DNA of 64,000 nt from an uncultured delta proteobacterium. GTDB lineage: Bacteria; Desulfobacterota; Binatia; DP-6. Below are positions 39,414 to 48,350 of the stretch, in pieces. The stretch's first letter is position 1. Each line of letters opens with the position of its first letter. The DNA lies in assembly GCA_963815115.1 (NCBI GenBank), contig CAWFFN010000009.1, positions 1,472,001 to 1,536,000 on the forward strand. The letters run 5' to 3'. The position numbers and the translations under genes are program-made. Under the pieces are notes generated by a model. The model had not been told where the DNA came from and did not search any database. It saw only the letters and a list, made by a program, of their open reading frames with translations.

Positions 39414-39605
39414 CTATCCCTCGGGGACGCGGGGCCGAACCAATGCGGCCTTGTGGGCCTCCGCCTCGCGCTGTCCTTCGCGCAGCTCGGCCCAGAAACG
39501 GGCGCGCGCCACGGCCCGCGGGCCGCCGTCCGCATCCCGTTGGTGCTTCACGGAGACGCCGAGGGGCCGTCCCCGCAGCCAGCTCCAAAGGCGAGCCCAG
39601 CTCAT
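39414..39605 (-). CDS. Small hypothetical protein
   Basis: 63 aa. ATG directly follows the upstream stop. Amphipathic N-terminus, RARFWAELREGQREA. Confidence 0.5.
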   Translation of the reverse strand: MSWARLWSWLRGRPLGVSVKHQRDADGGPRAVARARFWAELREGQREAEAHKAALVRPRVPEG

Positions 39606-39606
39606 T

Positions 39607-39801
39607 CTAGTTCATCCACACAAAGTCGGGCGGCCGCCACCCGGCGTCGTGGCAAGCGGTACAGGTCGGGAACACCGTCTTTTGCCCGCCACGGCAGCCG
39701 ACGAGTCCCCAGGTCTCGCGTCGGAGGTTCTCGTCCAGCGGATGCGCATGCCCGACTTCCGTCGGGATGGACTTCCCGCAATGCGCGCAGATGGTTCGCA
39801 A
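39607..39801 (-). CDS. Small CxxC...CxxC zinc-ribbon protein (start uncertain, TTG 39801)
   Basis: CAHCG ... CTACH..GWRPP. Confidence 0.55.
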   Translation of the reverse strand: MRTICAHCGKSIPTEVGHAHPLDENLRRETWGLVGCRGGQKTVFPTCTACHDAGWRPPDFVWMN

Positions 39802-39835
39802 CGTCGGGTTGCCCTCTGCGCGCGAGGCACTGCCC

Positions 39836-40147
39836 TTAGTTGGCAAGGTGCGGGTACCGATCTCGTCGCACAAGGTGCAGGCGCCCCGCTGCTTGCAGCC
39901 GCGGGATTGACGGCGCCAGCGGTGCCATCGCCAACCCGTCTGGAGCGATCAGCTGGCGGTCGCGAGCGACCCAGCGCCGGATGAGCAGCTTGCCGCGATC
40001 ACCGGTGCACCAGAGCCGGCCGCTGATGTGCACGCGCGGAAGCCAGACGCTCCTGTCCCCGATCCGACAGAGCAGGGCTGAAGCGGTCGCCCTGATGACC
40101 CTGACGGCCTGGAACAGCACGAGGGCATCGGCGTCGTCCACGGCCAT
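39836..40147 (-). CDS. Small hypothetical protein, paralogue of 23319..23519
   Basis: VIRATASALLCRIGDRSVWLP..HI...GDRGKLLIRRWVAR. GGAAGGAAG RBS. Confidence 0.7.
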   Translation of the reverse strand: MAVDDADALVLFQAVRVIRATASALLCRIGDRSVWLPRVHISGRLWCTGDRGKLLIRRWVARDRQLIAPDGLAMAPLAPSIPRLQAAGRLHLVRRDRYPHLAN

Positions 40148-40246
40148 GGCACGTTCTTCCTTCCGGAGTCCGCGCCGAGCACACGTGGGTAGGAGTGAAG
40201 CCCCTGCGCAGGTCGCGTTGCGGGGCTCTGAACGGGCTCGGACCAC

Positions 40247-40275
40247 ACAATATGAGAGTCCTGCTGGCGGCGCAA
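40247..40275 (-). promoter_or_regulatory. Putative sigma-70 promoter TTGCGC-17-TATTGT heading the small-protein cluster
   Basis: Near-consensus boxes with a 17-nt spacer. Confidence 0.4.
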
Positions 40276-40449
40276 GCGGAGGTCAGCTCTCACGTTCTTG
40301 GCGCGCTCGTGAATTGACGGGCCGACGGGTTGAGACTAGGCTCGCTGTGTCGTCTCCGCTGACCTCAACGGAGAGTTCCGAGACTGCCTCGCGCTCAAAG
40401 GCCTCCGCGCGGTTGGTTCGTATCCAGGCCGGCCATCGAAGGAGGCACA

Positions 40450-40845
40450 GTGGGATCGTTTCAGACGTGGTTTCGCCCGGCGTCGCCCGGCCGGAGGCAG
40501 GGTTCCGTCTTCGCGGTCGGCCGGCGGGTATACGTGGCGTGCTCGGGAGGCCATCCGGCAGACGTGACGTTGACGGATGCTGCCGGCGCCGAGGCGCTGA
40601 CCCGCCTCGCCGACGGCACCGAAGTCGAGATCCTTGCCTGGCGGCCGCGCGGGTCCGACGGGACTCGCTACTGCGTCCGGGCGACACACAACGGCGTCGT
40701 GGGGTGGCTCCCGGTCGACAACCTCCGGAACACACCGATTGCCGTCCCGGCATCCGCCAAGGACCCGTCAGCCACGGGGCGTGACTCGTCGCCCACTGTC
40801 GAACCCCAGGATGGCCCGCGGCGGTTCGGCCAGCGTGCGGGCTGA
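40450..40845 (+). CDS. SH3-like domain hypothetical protein
   Basis: AAGGAGG RBS. LADGTEVEIL...YCVR...GWLPVDNL is an SH3b-like pattern. No signal peptide. Confidence 0.6.
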   Translation: MGSFQTWFRPASPGRRQGSVFAVGRRVYVACSGGHPADVTLTDAAGAEALTRLADGTEVEILAWRPRGSDGTRYCVRATHNGVVGWLPVDNLRNTPIAVPASAKDPSATGRDSSPTVEPQDGPRRFGQRAG

Positions 40846-40857
40846 GAGGCGACGCCC

Positions 40858-41037
40858 ATGACAGCGGCGACGGACGAGAAGCCCAGGAGCGAGCGCGAGC
40901 GCGCCGAGGAGAAGGTGAGGGCCATCGTGGAGGAGCTCGATCGCCCGACCTTGGCCCTGCTCTACAAGACGCTCCACGACGGGTTGGGAATTCGCCTCGA
41001 GACCGCGGACATCGCCATCGGCAAGCTGCGCCGGTAG
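40858..41037 (+). CDS. 59-aa hypothetical helical protein
   Basis: GAGAGG RBS and typical codon usage. MTAATDEKPRSERERAEEKVRAIVEELDRPTLALLYKTLHDGLGIRLETADIAIGKLRR. Confidence 0.6.
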   Translation: MTAATDEKPRSERERAEEKVRAIVEELDRPTLALLYKTLHDGLGIRLETADIAIGKLRR

Positions 41038-41136
41038 TCCGACGGCCGGCGGCTCGAGCGTCGGCCACGGTCCAGTGCGCGTCCACCCAAACGAACGTTT
41101 GACGGGCGCGCGCGGGCCGGCGTATCCCTTCCGGCC

Positions 41137-42309
41137 GTGTTCATCGACCTGACTCCCGAGCACCGCGCGCTGCAGCAGCAGATCCGGGCGTATTTCCGCG
41201 ACATCGTCACGCCGGCGTACGAGGCCGAGCTCGCCGTCACCGAGGGCGGCGGGCCGGAGTACATGAGGGCGCTCAAGAAGATGGGCGCCGACGGCTGGCT
41301 CGGCGTGGGATGGCCCACGAAGTACGGCGGCCAGGGGCGCACGCCGATCGAGCAGTTCATCTTCTTCGACGAAGCCTGGCGGGCGGGCGTGCTGCTCCCG
41401 ACGCTCACCATCATGTCGGTGAGCCCGATGATCATGCAGCACGGTACCGAGGAGCAGAAGCAGTTCTTCCTGCCGAAGGCGCTGCGTGGCGAGGTCCACT
41501 TCGCGATCGGGTACACCGAGGCGGGCGCGGGCACCGATCTCGCGTCGCTCCGGACCCGCGCGGTCCGCGACGGCGACCAGTGGGTCATCAACGGCAGCAA
41601 GCTCTTCACCAGCCAGGCGCAGTATGCCGACTACATCTGGCTCGCCGCGCGCACCGATCCCGACGCCAAGAAGCACGACGGCATCTCGATCTTCATGGTG
41701 CCGACGTCGTCTCCCGGCTACAAGATCACGCCGCTGCCCACCATGGGCGACGTCACCACCAACGCGACCTACTACGAGGACGTGCGGGTGCCGTCGAACG
41801 CGATGGTCGGGCCGGAGAACGGCGGCTGGTGGCTCATCGTCGGCCAGCTGAACCACGAGCGCGTGTCGCTGATTCCCGTGGGCCCCACGGAGCGCTTCTA
41901 CGAGGAGACCCGGGACTGGGCACGCGAGACGCGCCTGCCGGACGGTCGCTCGCTGCTCGATCTGCCCTGGGTGCAGCACAACCTGGCGCGCGTGCGCGCG
42001 GGCGTCGAGGTGCTGAAGCTGCTCAACTGGCGCCAGGCATGGAGCATGGCGCGCGGCGAGATGAACTACGCCGAGTCGTCGACCGTGAAGGTCTATGGCA
42101 GCGAGTTCTACGTCGAGGCCTACCGCCTGCTGCTCGAGGTGCTCGGGCAGGCCGGCTACGTGAAGGCCGGCTCGCCCGCGGCCGTGCTCAAGGGACGCCT
42201 GGAGCGCATGTACCGCGCCACCCTCATCATGACCTTCGGCGCCGGCACCAACGAGGTGCAGCGCGAGATCATCGCCATGGGCGGCCTCGGCATGCCCCGA
42301 TCCCGCTAG
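41137..42309 (+). CDS. Acyl-CoA dehydrogenase (FadE26/29-like subunit)
   Basis: GWPTKYGG, IGYTEAGAGTDLA, INGSKLFTS, LNHER, TFGAGTNEVQREII. Confidence 0.92.
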   Translation: MFIDLTPEHRALQQQIRAYFRDIVTPAYEAELAVTEGGGPEYMRALKKMGADGWLGVGWPTKYGGQGRTPIEQFIFFDEAWRAGVLLPTLTIMSVSPMIMQHGTEEQKQFFLPKALRGEVHFAIGYTEAGAGTDLASLRTRAVRDGDQWVINGSKLFTSQAQYADYIWLAARTDPDAKKHDGISIFMVPTSSPGYKITPLPTMGDVTTNATYYEDVRVPSNAMVGPENGGWWLIVGQLNHERVSLIPVGPTERFYEETRDWARETRLPDGRSLLDLPWVQHNLARVRAGVEVLKLLNWRQAWSMARGEMNYAESSTVKVYGSEFYVEAYRLLLEVLGQAGYVKAGSPAAVLKGRLERMYRATLIMTFGAGTNEVQREIIAMGGLGMPRSR

Positions 42310-42319
42310 GAGCGACCCG

Positions 42320-43441
42320 ATGGACTTCGCATTCACCCCGGAGCAGGAGGCGCTGCGCGAGCTGGCGCGCACCATCTGCCAGGACCACGCGACGCAGGAG
42401 CGGTTGAAGGCGACCGAGAGCGATCCGGACTGGTTCGACCGCGCGCTGTGGGCGGCGCTGGCAAAGGCGAACCTGCTCGGCGTCGCGCTCCCCGAGGAGG
42501 TCGGTGGCAGCGGTCTCGGGCTCGAGGAGCTCTGCTTGCTGCTCGAGCAGGTGGGCGCCGCCGTGGCGCCGGTCCCCGCGTGGCCGACGCTCGTCCTGGG
42601 TGCGCTTCCCGTCGCGGCGTTCGGCAGCGCCGCGCAACGCGAACGGTGGCTCGCTCCGGTGGCGAGCGGACAGAGCATTCTCACGGCGGCGCTCGTCGAG
42701 CTGCCGGCCGAGGAGCCGTCGGCGCCGCAGACGCGAGCCGTGCGCGACGGCACGGGATGGCGTCTCGACGGTACCAAGGATTGCGTCCCCGCCGCGCACC
42801 TCGCCGCCGCCATCGTCGTTCCGGCGTCCACCGGTGACGGTCGGGTCGGCGTCTTCATGGTCGATCCCTCCGCACCGGGCGTGACGCTCGAGCGCCAGGT
42901 GGCGACCAACAAGGAGCCGCAGGCGCGGCTCACGCTCGCCGGCGCGCGCGTCCCCGCCGCCGACGTCCTGGGCGATCCGGCGCGCGGTCGCGACATCGCC
43001 GAGTGGCTGCTCGACCGCGCGCTGCTCGGCGTGTGTGCGCTCGAGCTGGGCGTGGTCGAGCGCGCGCTGCGCATCACCGCGCAGTACACGGCCGAGCGCC
43101 GGCAGTTCGACCGGCCGATCGCGAGCTTCCAGGCCGTGCAGCAGCGCGCGGCCGACGCCTGGATCGACGTCGAAGCGATCCGCCTGACGACGTGGCAGGC
43201 GGCCTGGCGTCTCGACCAGGGCCTGCCGGCCCGCGAGGAGCTGCTGGTGGCGAAGTTCTGGGCGGCGGAGGCGGGCCACCGCATCACCTACGCCGCGCAA
43301 CACCTGCACGGCGGCATCGGAGTGGACGTCGACTACCCGCTCCACCGCTACTACCTCTGGTCGAAGACCCTCGAGCTGACGCTCGGCTCGGGCGCCCGGC
43401 AGCTGGCCCGGCTCGGCGAGGCGATCGCGGCGGCGCGCTAG
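42320..43441 (+). CDS. Acyl-CoA dehydrogenase (FadE27/28-like partner subunit)
   Basis: MDFAFTPEQE, RRQFDRPIASFQAVQ, AKFWA, HLHGGIG. Confidence 0.9.
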   Translation: MDFAFTPEQEALRELARTICQDHATQERLKATESDPDWFDRALWAALAKANLLGVALPEEVGGSGLGLEELCLLLEQVGAAVAPVPAWPTLVLGALPVAAFGSAAQRERWLAPVASGQSILTAALVELPAEEPSAPQTRAVRDGTGWRLDGTKDCVPAAHLAAAIVVPASTGDGRVGVFMVDPSAPGVTLERQVATNKEPQARLTLAGARVPAADVLGDPARGRDIAEWLLDRALLGVCALELGVVERALRITAQYTAERRQFDRPIASFQAVQQRAADAWIDVEAIRLTTWQAAWRLDQGLPAREELLVAKFWAAEAGHRITYAAQHLHGGIGVDVDYPLHRYYLWSKTLELTLGSGARQLARLGEAIAAAR

Positions 43442-43493
43442 CCCCCGGCGGTGGGCGCTGTCAGGTTCCCAAACCGATCTCCACGGAGGCGCG

Positions 43494-44309
43494 ATGTCCT
43501 CTCTCGCGGAGCTGACCCGGCGAGCCGTCGCGGTCGATGGCGCATTTCTCGCGCTCGGACACGAGACGTTCGAGGCCGACGGCGCGCGCTTCGTGCGCAA
43601 TCGTGGCTTGCCCGCGATCCACGATGCCAACTTCATCACCGGCGTCACGGCAGCCACACCCGAGGCCGTCGAGCGTCTGCTGGCGCGTGTCGAGCGCGAG
43701 TTCCCTCACGCCAGGCATCGACAGTTCCTGCTCGATGCCGCGACGCCGCCGGCTGTCGAGGCGACGCTGGTCCTGCGCGGCTACCGGCACTCGGCGTCCC
43801 TCGTGCTCGTGCTCGAGGGGGAACTGCACGGCGCGCCACCGGCACACGACGTGCGGCCGCTGGACGACGAAGCCGGCTGGACCGCCTACGGCCGGATGAA
43901 GCAGCGCGACTGGGACGAGCGGGCGCAGCGTCTCGGGCTGCGCGACCTGGGCTGGCTCGGCCCTGAGCTCGTGCGTCATCACCGGGCCAAGGCGCCGCCC
44001 GCGCGCTACTGGCTCGTGTGGCTCGACGGTGCTGCGCGAGGCTTCGTCGGCTCGTGGGAGGGCGTCGCGGGAGTGGGGCAGGTCGAGGACCTCTACGTCG
44101 AGCCCGAGGTGCGGCAGCGCGGTCTCGCGACGGCGCTCATCCATCGTGGCGTCGCCGACTGCCGGCTGCACGGCGCCGGGCCGATCGTTATCGTCGCGGA
44201 TCCCGACGACACGCCGAAGCACCTGTACGCCGCGATGGGATTCCGTCCCTTCGCCGTGGTGCACAAGTACCTGCTGACGCTCGACGAGCGAGCTTCGAGT
44301 GGGTCTTGA
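43494..44309 (+). CDS. GNAT family N-acetyltransferase
   Basis: VEDLYVEPEVRQRGLATAL, LYAAMGF. Confidence 0.85.
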   Translation: MSSLAELTRRAVAVDGAFLALGHETFEADGARFVRNRGLPAIHDANFITGVTAATPEAVERLLARVEREFPHARHRQFLLDAATPPAVEATLVLRGYRHSASLVLVLEGELHGAPPAHDVRPLDDEAGWTAYGRMKQRDWDERAQRLGLRDLGWLGPELVRHHRAKAPPARYWLVWLDGAARGFVGSWEGVAGVGQVEDLYVEPEVRQRGLATALIHRGVADCRLHGAGPIVIVADPDDTPKHLYAAMGFRPFAVVHKYLLTLDERASSGS

Positions 44310-44314
44310 TCAAC

Positions 44315-44341
44315 ATGGCCCTATATGGTCATGTCATGGTC
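44315..44341 (+). promoter_or_regulatory. Putative TA operator: three ATGG(C/T)C direct repeats
   Basis: Repeats at 44315, 44325 and 44336, just downstream of TTGATC and overlapping the antitoxin start. Confidence 0.4.
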
Positions 44342-44599
44342 ATGAAGCGCGCCAAGGTCTCGGAACTGAAGGCCCGTCTCAGCGACTACCTGGCGGGTGT
44401 ACGGGCGGGCGACTCGGTGGTGGTCTGTGACCGGAGCACTCCGATCGCACGGATCGTTCCGTACGACGAGCGTGACGACGGCTTCGTGGTCCACGAAGCG
44501 CAGCGTCCGGCTAGAGAGGCGCGCGCCGTACGGGGCGTGAAGCCGCGAAGGCGGATCGACGTCGTCCGCATGCTCCGCGACGATCGCGAGCAGCGGTGA
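44342..44599 (+). CDS. Phd/YefM family antitoxin
   Basis: KVSELKARLSDYLAGVRAGDSVVVCDRSTPIARIVP. Confidence 0.88.
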   Translation: MKRAKVSELKARLSDYLAGVRAGDSVVVCDRSTPIARIVPYDERDDGFVVHEAQRPAREARAVRGVKPRRRIDVVRMLRDDREQR

Positions 44600-45018
44600 C
44601 GGTCTACCTGGATGCGAGCGCGGTCCTCCGGGTGCTGCTGCGGCAGCCGAAGCCGCTCGCCAGTTGGGGACGATGGGAGGCGGCGTACTCGAGCGAGCTG
44701 CTCGGGGTCGAGGCGCGTCGCGTCATCGATCGCCTGCGCCTGGAAGCGGCGCTCGACGACGACGGCCTGGCCGACGCCCACCACGATTTGGCGCGGATCG
44801 AGCGCGCGATCGGTACGATTCGGCTGACCCGACCGGTGCTGCACCGCGCTGCCCTTCCGATGCCCGCCGTCGTGAAAACCCTCGATGCGATCCACCTCGC
44901 CAGCGCGCTGCTGCTGCGCGAGCGCCGGGCGCCCTCGCTGACGTTCGCCACGCATGATCCGCAGCAGGCGCGAGCGGCCCGGACGCTCGGCTTCGAGTGT
45001 ATCGGGGTGGGTCCCTGA
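44596..45018 (+). CDS. vapC: VapC PIN-domain toxin
   Basis: VYLDASA, E, KTLDAIHLASA, THD. Confidence 0.88.
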   Translation: MTVYLDASAVLRVLLRQPKPLASWGRWEAAYSSELLGVEARRVIDRLRLEAALDDDGLADAHHDLARIERAIGTIRLTRPVLHRAALPMPAVVKTLDAIHLASALLLRERRAPSLTFATHDPQQARAARTLGFECIGVGP

Positions 45019-45102
45019 TCGAGGGCAGCTCTGCAATTCAAAGCGGGCTTCCGTCCGGCCGTCACCGGCGGTCGGGCGACGACGGAGATGCGGCGGGCGG
45101 CT

Positions 45103-46827
45103 TCAGATCTGCTCGGGCGCGGCGATGCCCAGGAGGTCGAGCCCGCGTGCCAGCACGCGCGCGGTCAGCGCGCAGAGTGCCAGCCGCGAGCTTCGCACCG
45201 GCTCGTCGGCGCGCAGCACGGGGCAGCGCTCGTAGAAGGTCGTGAAGGCGGCCGCCATCTCGTAGAGATGTCCGCAGATACGATGCGGCTGGAGCGTCTC
45301 CGCCGTTCGGGCGAGCGTGCCGGGGAACTCCAGCAGCGCGAGCGCGAGCGCCCGCTCCTCGGGCGTCTCCACGCGAATCGCGCCCGGCGCGGCCACGTCG
45401 CCGCCGGCCTTGCGCAGGATCGAGCGGATGCGAGCGTGCGCGTACATGAGGTACGGCGCCGTGTTGCCGTCGAGCGCGAGCATCCGGCTCCAGTCGAAGA
45501 CGTAGTCCTTGATGCGGTCGTTCGCCAGGTCGGCGTACTTGACGGCGCCGATTCCCACCGCCGCGGCGATGCGCGCCTTCGCGGCGGCGTCGAGGTGCGG
45601 TGATTTCTCCTCGACCACGCGTGCCGCGCGCTCGACGGCTTCGTCGAGCAGGGCGGCCAGGCTGATCGAGTCGCCCGCTCGCGTCTTCAGCATCTTGCGA
45701 TCCGGTCCCAGCACCGACCCGAAGGCGACGTGCTCGAGCCTGACCGTGTCGTCGACCCAGCCGGCGAGCCGCGCGGTCTGGAACACCATCGCCAGGTGCT
45801 GCGTCTGGGGCGTGCCGACGACGTAGATCACGCGGCGGGCGCCGAGCGCCCGCACGCGGTGACGGAGCGCCGCGAGGTCCGTCGTGGCGTACGTGTAGCC
45901 GCCGTCCTGCTTGCGCACGATCAGCGGCAGCGGGGCGCCGTCGCGGGTGGTGAAGCCGGGGAGAAAGACGCACAGCGCGCCTTCGCTCTCGCGCGCGAGT
46001 CCGGCGCGCTCGAGCTCGGCGGCGACGTCGGACAGCTCGGCGCTGTAGCGACTCTCGCCCGCGACGTCGTCGGGACGCAGGCTCACCCCGAGCCGCTCGT
46101 AGACCTCGGAGAAGTGGGCAACCGACACGTCGATCAGGCGGAGCCAGAGCGCCAGCGTCTCGGCGTCGCCGCTCTGCAGGAGCACGACCCGCCGGCGCGC
46201 GCGCCCGGCGAAGGCCGGGTCCGCGTCGAACTTGGCGCGCGCCGCCTGGTAGAACGCGACCAGCTCGCGCACGCCGGCTTCGTGTCCGGTCGCCCGCTCG
46301 TCCAGCAGGTGCTCGATGAGCATGCCGAACGGCGTGCCCCAGTCGCCGACGTGGTTCTGGCGCACGACCCGGTGCCCCTCGAAGTCGAGCAGGCGCACGA
46401 TGGCATCGCCGATGATCGTGCTGCGGAGGTGGCCGACGTGCATCTCCTTGGCCACGTTGGGAGCCGAGTAGTCGACCACCACCGTCTCGGGCGGCGCGGC
46501 TGCGGGAACCGCGAGGCGCTCGTCGGCCAGCATGCGGTCGAGGCCATGGCCGAGGTGCTCGGCGCGGATCGTCAGGTTCAAGAACCCCGGGCCCGACACC
46601 ACCGCGTCGGCCACGACGTCGTCGGCCGGAAGATGCGCGAGCAGCGCGGTCGCCACGTCGCGCGGGCTGCGCTCGAGCGGCCGCGCCAGCGCCAGCGCGA
46701 CGTCCGCCTGGTAGTCGGCATGGGCCGAGCGGTGGACCGCCGGATCGGCGGAAGCGGCCTCGGCGCCGAAGGCGGCTCGCACCGCCGCGGCGACGCGCTC
46801 GCGTAGCGCGGGGACCAGGTCGACCAT
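45103..46827 (-). CDS. argS: Arginine--tRNA ligase
   Basis: GPGFLN, DYSAPNVAKEMHVGHLRSTIIGD, NHVGDWGT, KTRAG, GNTAPYLMYAHAR. Confidence 0.96.
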   Translation of the reverse strand: MVDLVPALRERVAAAVRAAFGAEAASADPAVHRSAHADYQADVALALARPLERSPRDVATALLAHLPADDVVADAVVSGPGFLNLTIRAEHLGHGLDRMLADERLAVPAAAPPETVVVDYSAPNVAKEMHVGHLRSTIIGDAIVRLLDFEGHRVVRQNHVGDWGTPFGMLIEHLLDERATGHEAGVRELVAFYQAARAKFDADPAFAGRARRRVVLLQSGDAETLALWLRLIDVSVAHFSEVYERLGVSLRPDDVAGESRYSAELSDVAAELERAGLARESEGALCVFLPGFTTRDGAPLPLIVRKQDGGYTYATTDLAALRHRVRALGARRVIYVVGTPQTQHLAMVFQTARLAGWVDDTVRLEHVAFGSVLGPDRKMLKTRAGDSISLAALLDEAVERAARVVEEKSPHLDAAAKARIAAAVGIGAVKYADLANDRIKDYVFDWSRMLALDGNTAPYLMYAHARIRSILRKAGGDVAAPGAIRVETPEERALALALLEFPGTLARTAETLQPHRICGHLYEMAAAFTTFYERCPVLRADEPVRSSRLALCALTARVLARGLDLLGIAAPEQI

Positions 46828-46902
46828 CGTCCAGGGGGCATGCCACATCCCCCTCTGGCGGTCGAGGACGGTGACCTGCTAGCGGTCTCCACGGAGGCGT
46901 CG

Positions 46903-47274
46903 ATGGTCAAGCTCCTCTTCTGCTGCCGGCGGCTGGCGCATCTCTCGCGCGCGGAGTTCCAGCGCTACTGGCGGGGCACGCACGGGCCGCTCGTCGCGCG
47001 ACATGCCGGCGTGCTGCGGATCAAGCGCTACGTCCAGACGCACACCCTCGACGATCCCACGAACGCCGTGCTCGCCGCGAGCCGCGGCGCTCCCGAGGAG
47101 TTCGACGGCGTCGCGGAGCTGTGGTGGGAGAGCGTCGCCGACCTCGCCGCCGCGACGGGGACCGCCGAGGGCCGGGCCGCAGCGCAGGCCCTCTACGAGG
47201 ACGAGCGCCGTTTCATCGATCATGCACGCTCGCCCATCTGGCTGGCCGAGGAGCATCCGGTCGTGGAGGGGTGA
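46903..47274 (+). CDS. EthD domain protein
   Basis: SRAEFQRYWRGTHGPLV, YVQTH, FDGVAELWW, DERRFID. Confidence 0.85.
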   Translation: MVKLLFCCRRLAHLSRAEFQRYWRGTHGPLVARHAGVLRIKRYVQTHTLDDPTNAVLAASRGAPEEFDGVAELWWESVADLAAATGTAEGRAAAQALYEDERRFIDHARSPIWLAEEHPVVEG

Positions 47275-47900
47275 TGACCGCACCCGTCCGGCTGATCGTC
47301 AATTCCGACTACCTCTGCCCCTGGTGCTACCTGGCCGCCGTGCGCCTCCACCGGGTGGCCGAGGAGTTCGGCGACCGCGTCGCGATCGAGTGGCGCAGCT
47401 TCCTCCTGCGGCCGTACCCCGATGCCTCGCGGACGCTCGAGAAGTTCCGGGCCTACACCCGGTCGTGGGAGCGGCCCGCGGCCGAGCCCGACGCGCCGGT
47501 GTTCCGCGTGTGGGAGAGCGATGCGGGGCCGCCGTCGCACAGCATGCCGCCGCATCTCGTCGCCAAGGCCGCCGCCACGCTCGGCGCGGATGCCTTCGAG
47601 CGCGTGCACGCGCGCCTGCTCGCCGCCTACTTCGGCGAGAACCGCGACATCACCGATCCGGGGACGCTGGTGCAGCTCTGGGACGAGGTCGGCCTGCCGG
47701 CCGCGGAGTTCACGAGGGCGGGCGACCAGGCGCTGGTGGCAGCCGTGGTCCGCGAGCACAACGAGGCCGTGGCGCTCGGGATGAACGGCGTGCCGGCGGT
47801 GCGCATGATGGGCAACGACGTCCCCCTCGTGGGCGCGCTCCCGCTCGAGAGCTACCGCCGCTGGGTCGAGCGGGCGCTGGCGCGAGGCGGCGTCGCCTGA
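47274..47900 (+). CDS. DsbA/FrnE-like thioredoxin-fold protein
   Basis: SDYLCPWCY, FLLRP, GVPA. Confidence 0.85.
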   Translation: MTAPVRLIVNSDYLCPWCYLAAVRLHRVAEEFGDRVAIEWRSFLLRPYPDASRTLEKFRAYTRSWERPAAEPDAPVFRVWESDAGPPSHSMPPHLVAKAAATLGADAFERVHARLLAAYFGENRDITDPGTLVQLWDEVGLPAAEFTRAGDQALVAAVVREHNEAVALGMNGVPAVRMMGNDVPLVGALPLESYRRWVERALARGGVA

Positions 47901-47912
47901 GCCGCGCCGCGG

Positions 47913-48299
47913 TCAGCGCGACAGCACGGCGAGATAGGCCGTCATGGCGATGCCGATGGCAGCGAGCACGATCGACACGGTGACGCCGAAGATCGCGCCG
48001 GGCTGGAAGAGCCGGCCGCTGGCCAGGCGTCGCACCCGCCACAGGTGCTGCCCCGCCGCGGCCAGGTTCACCACCACGCCGAGCGCGACCAGCACCGCGC
48101 CGATCCACACCGAGAGACCGGTCGAGCGCGTCGCGAAGGCGGGCATGGTGGTGGAGAGCTCGCGCAGGAAGACGCCGAAGCGCGCCACCACGAAGCCGAA
48201 GCCCATCAACGCCAGTCCGGTCCGGATCCAGGCGAGAAGCGTGCGCTCCTCGGCGAGGGCGACGCGCGGATCGCGGGCCAGGGGGTCCGGCTCGGGCAT
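47913..48299 (-). CDS. DUF202 (YidH) membrane protein
   Basis: DPRVALAEERTLLAWIRTGLALMGFG, three TM segments. Confidence 0.85.
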   Translation of the reverse strand: MPEPDPLARDPRVALAEERTLLAWIRTGLALMGFGFVVARFGVFLRELSTTMPAFATRSTGLSVWIGAVLVALGVVVNLAAAGQHLWRVRRLASGRLFQPGAIFGVTVSIVLAAIGIAMTAYLAVLSR

Positions 48300-48350
48300 G
48301 CGACGCGGAGAATCCTCGCAGCGCCCGGCGCGGTCAACCGAGGAGGGGAC

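Noticed and set aside
44342-45018. vapBC, and Uma2 at 60384..60968, as a defence island
   Set aside because: They are isolated, common small modules 15 kb apart with no other defence genes.
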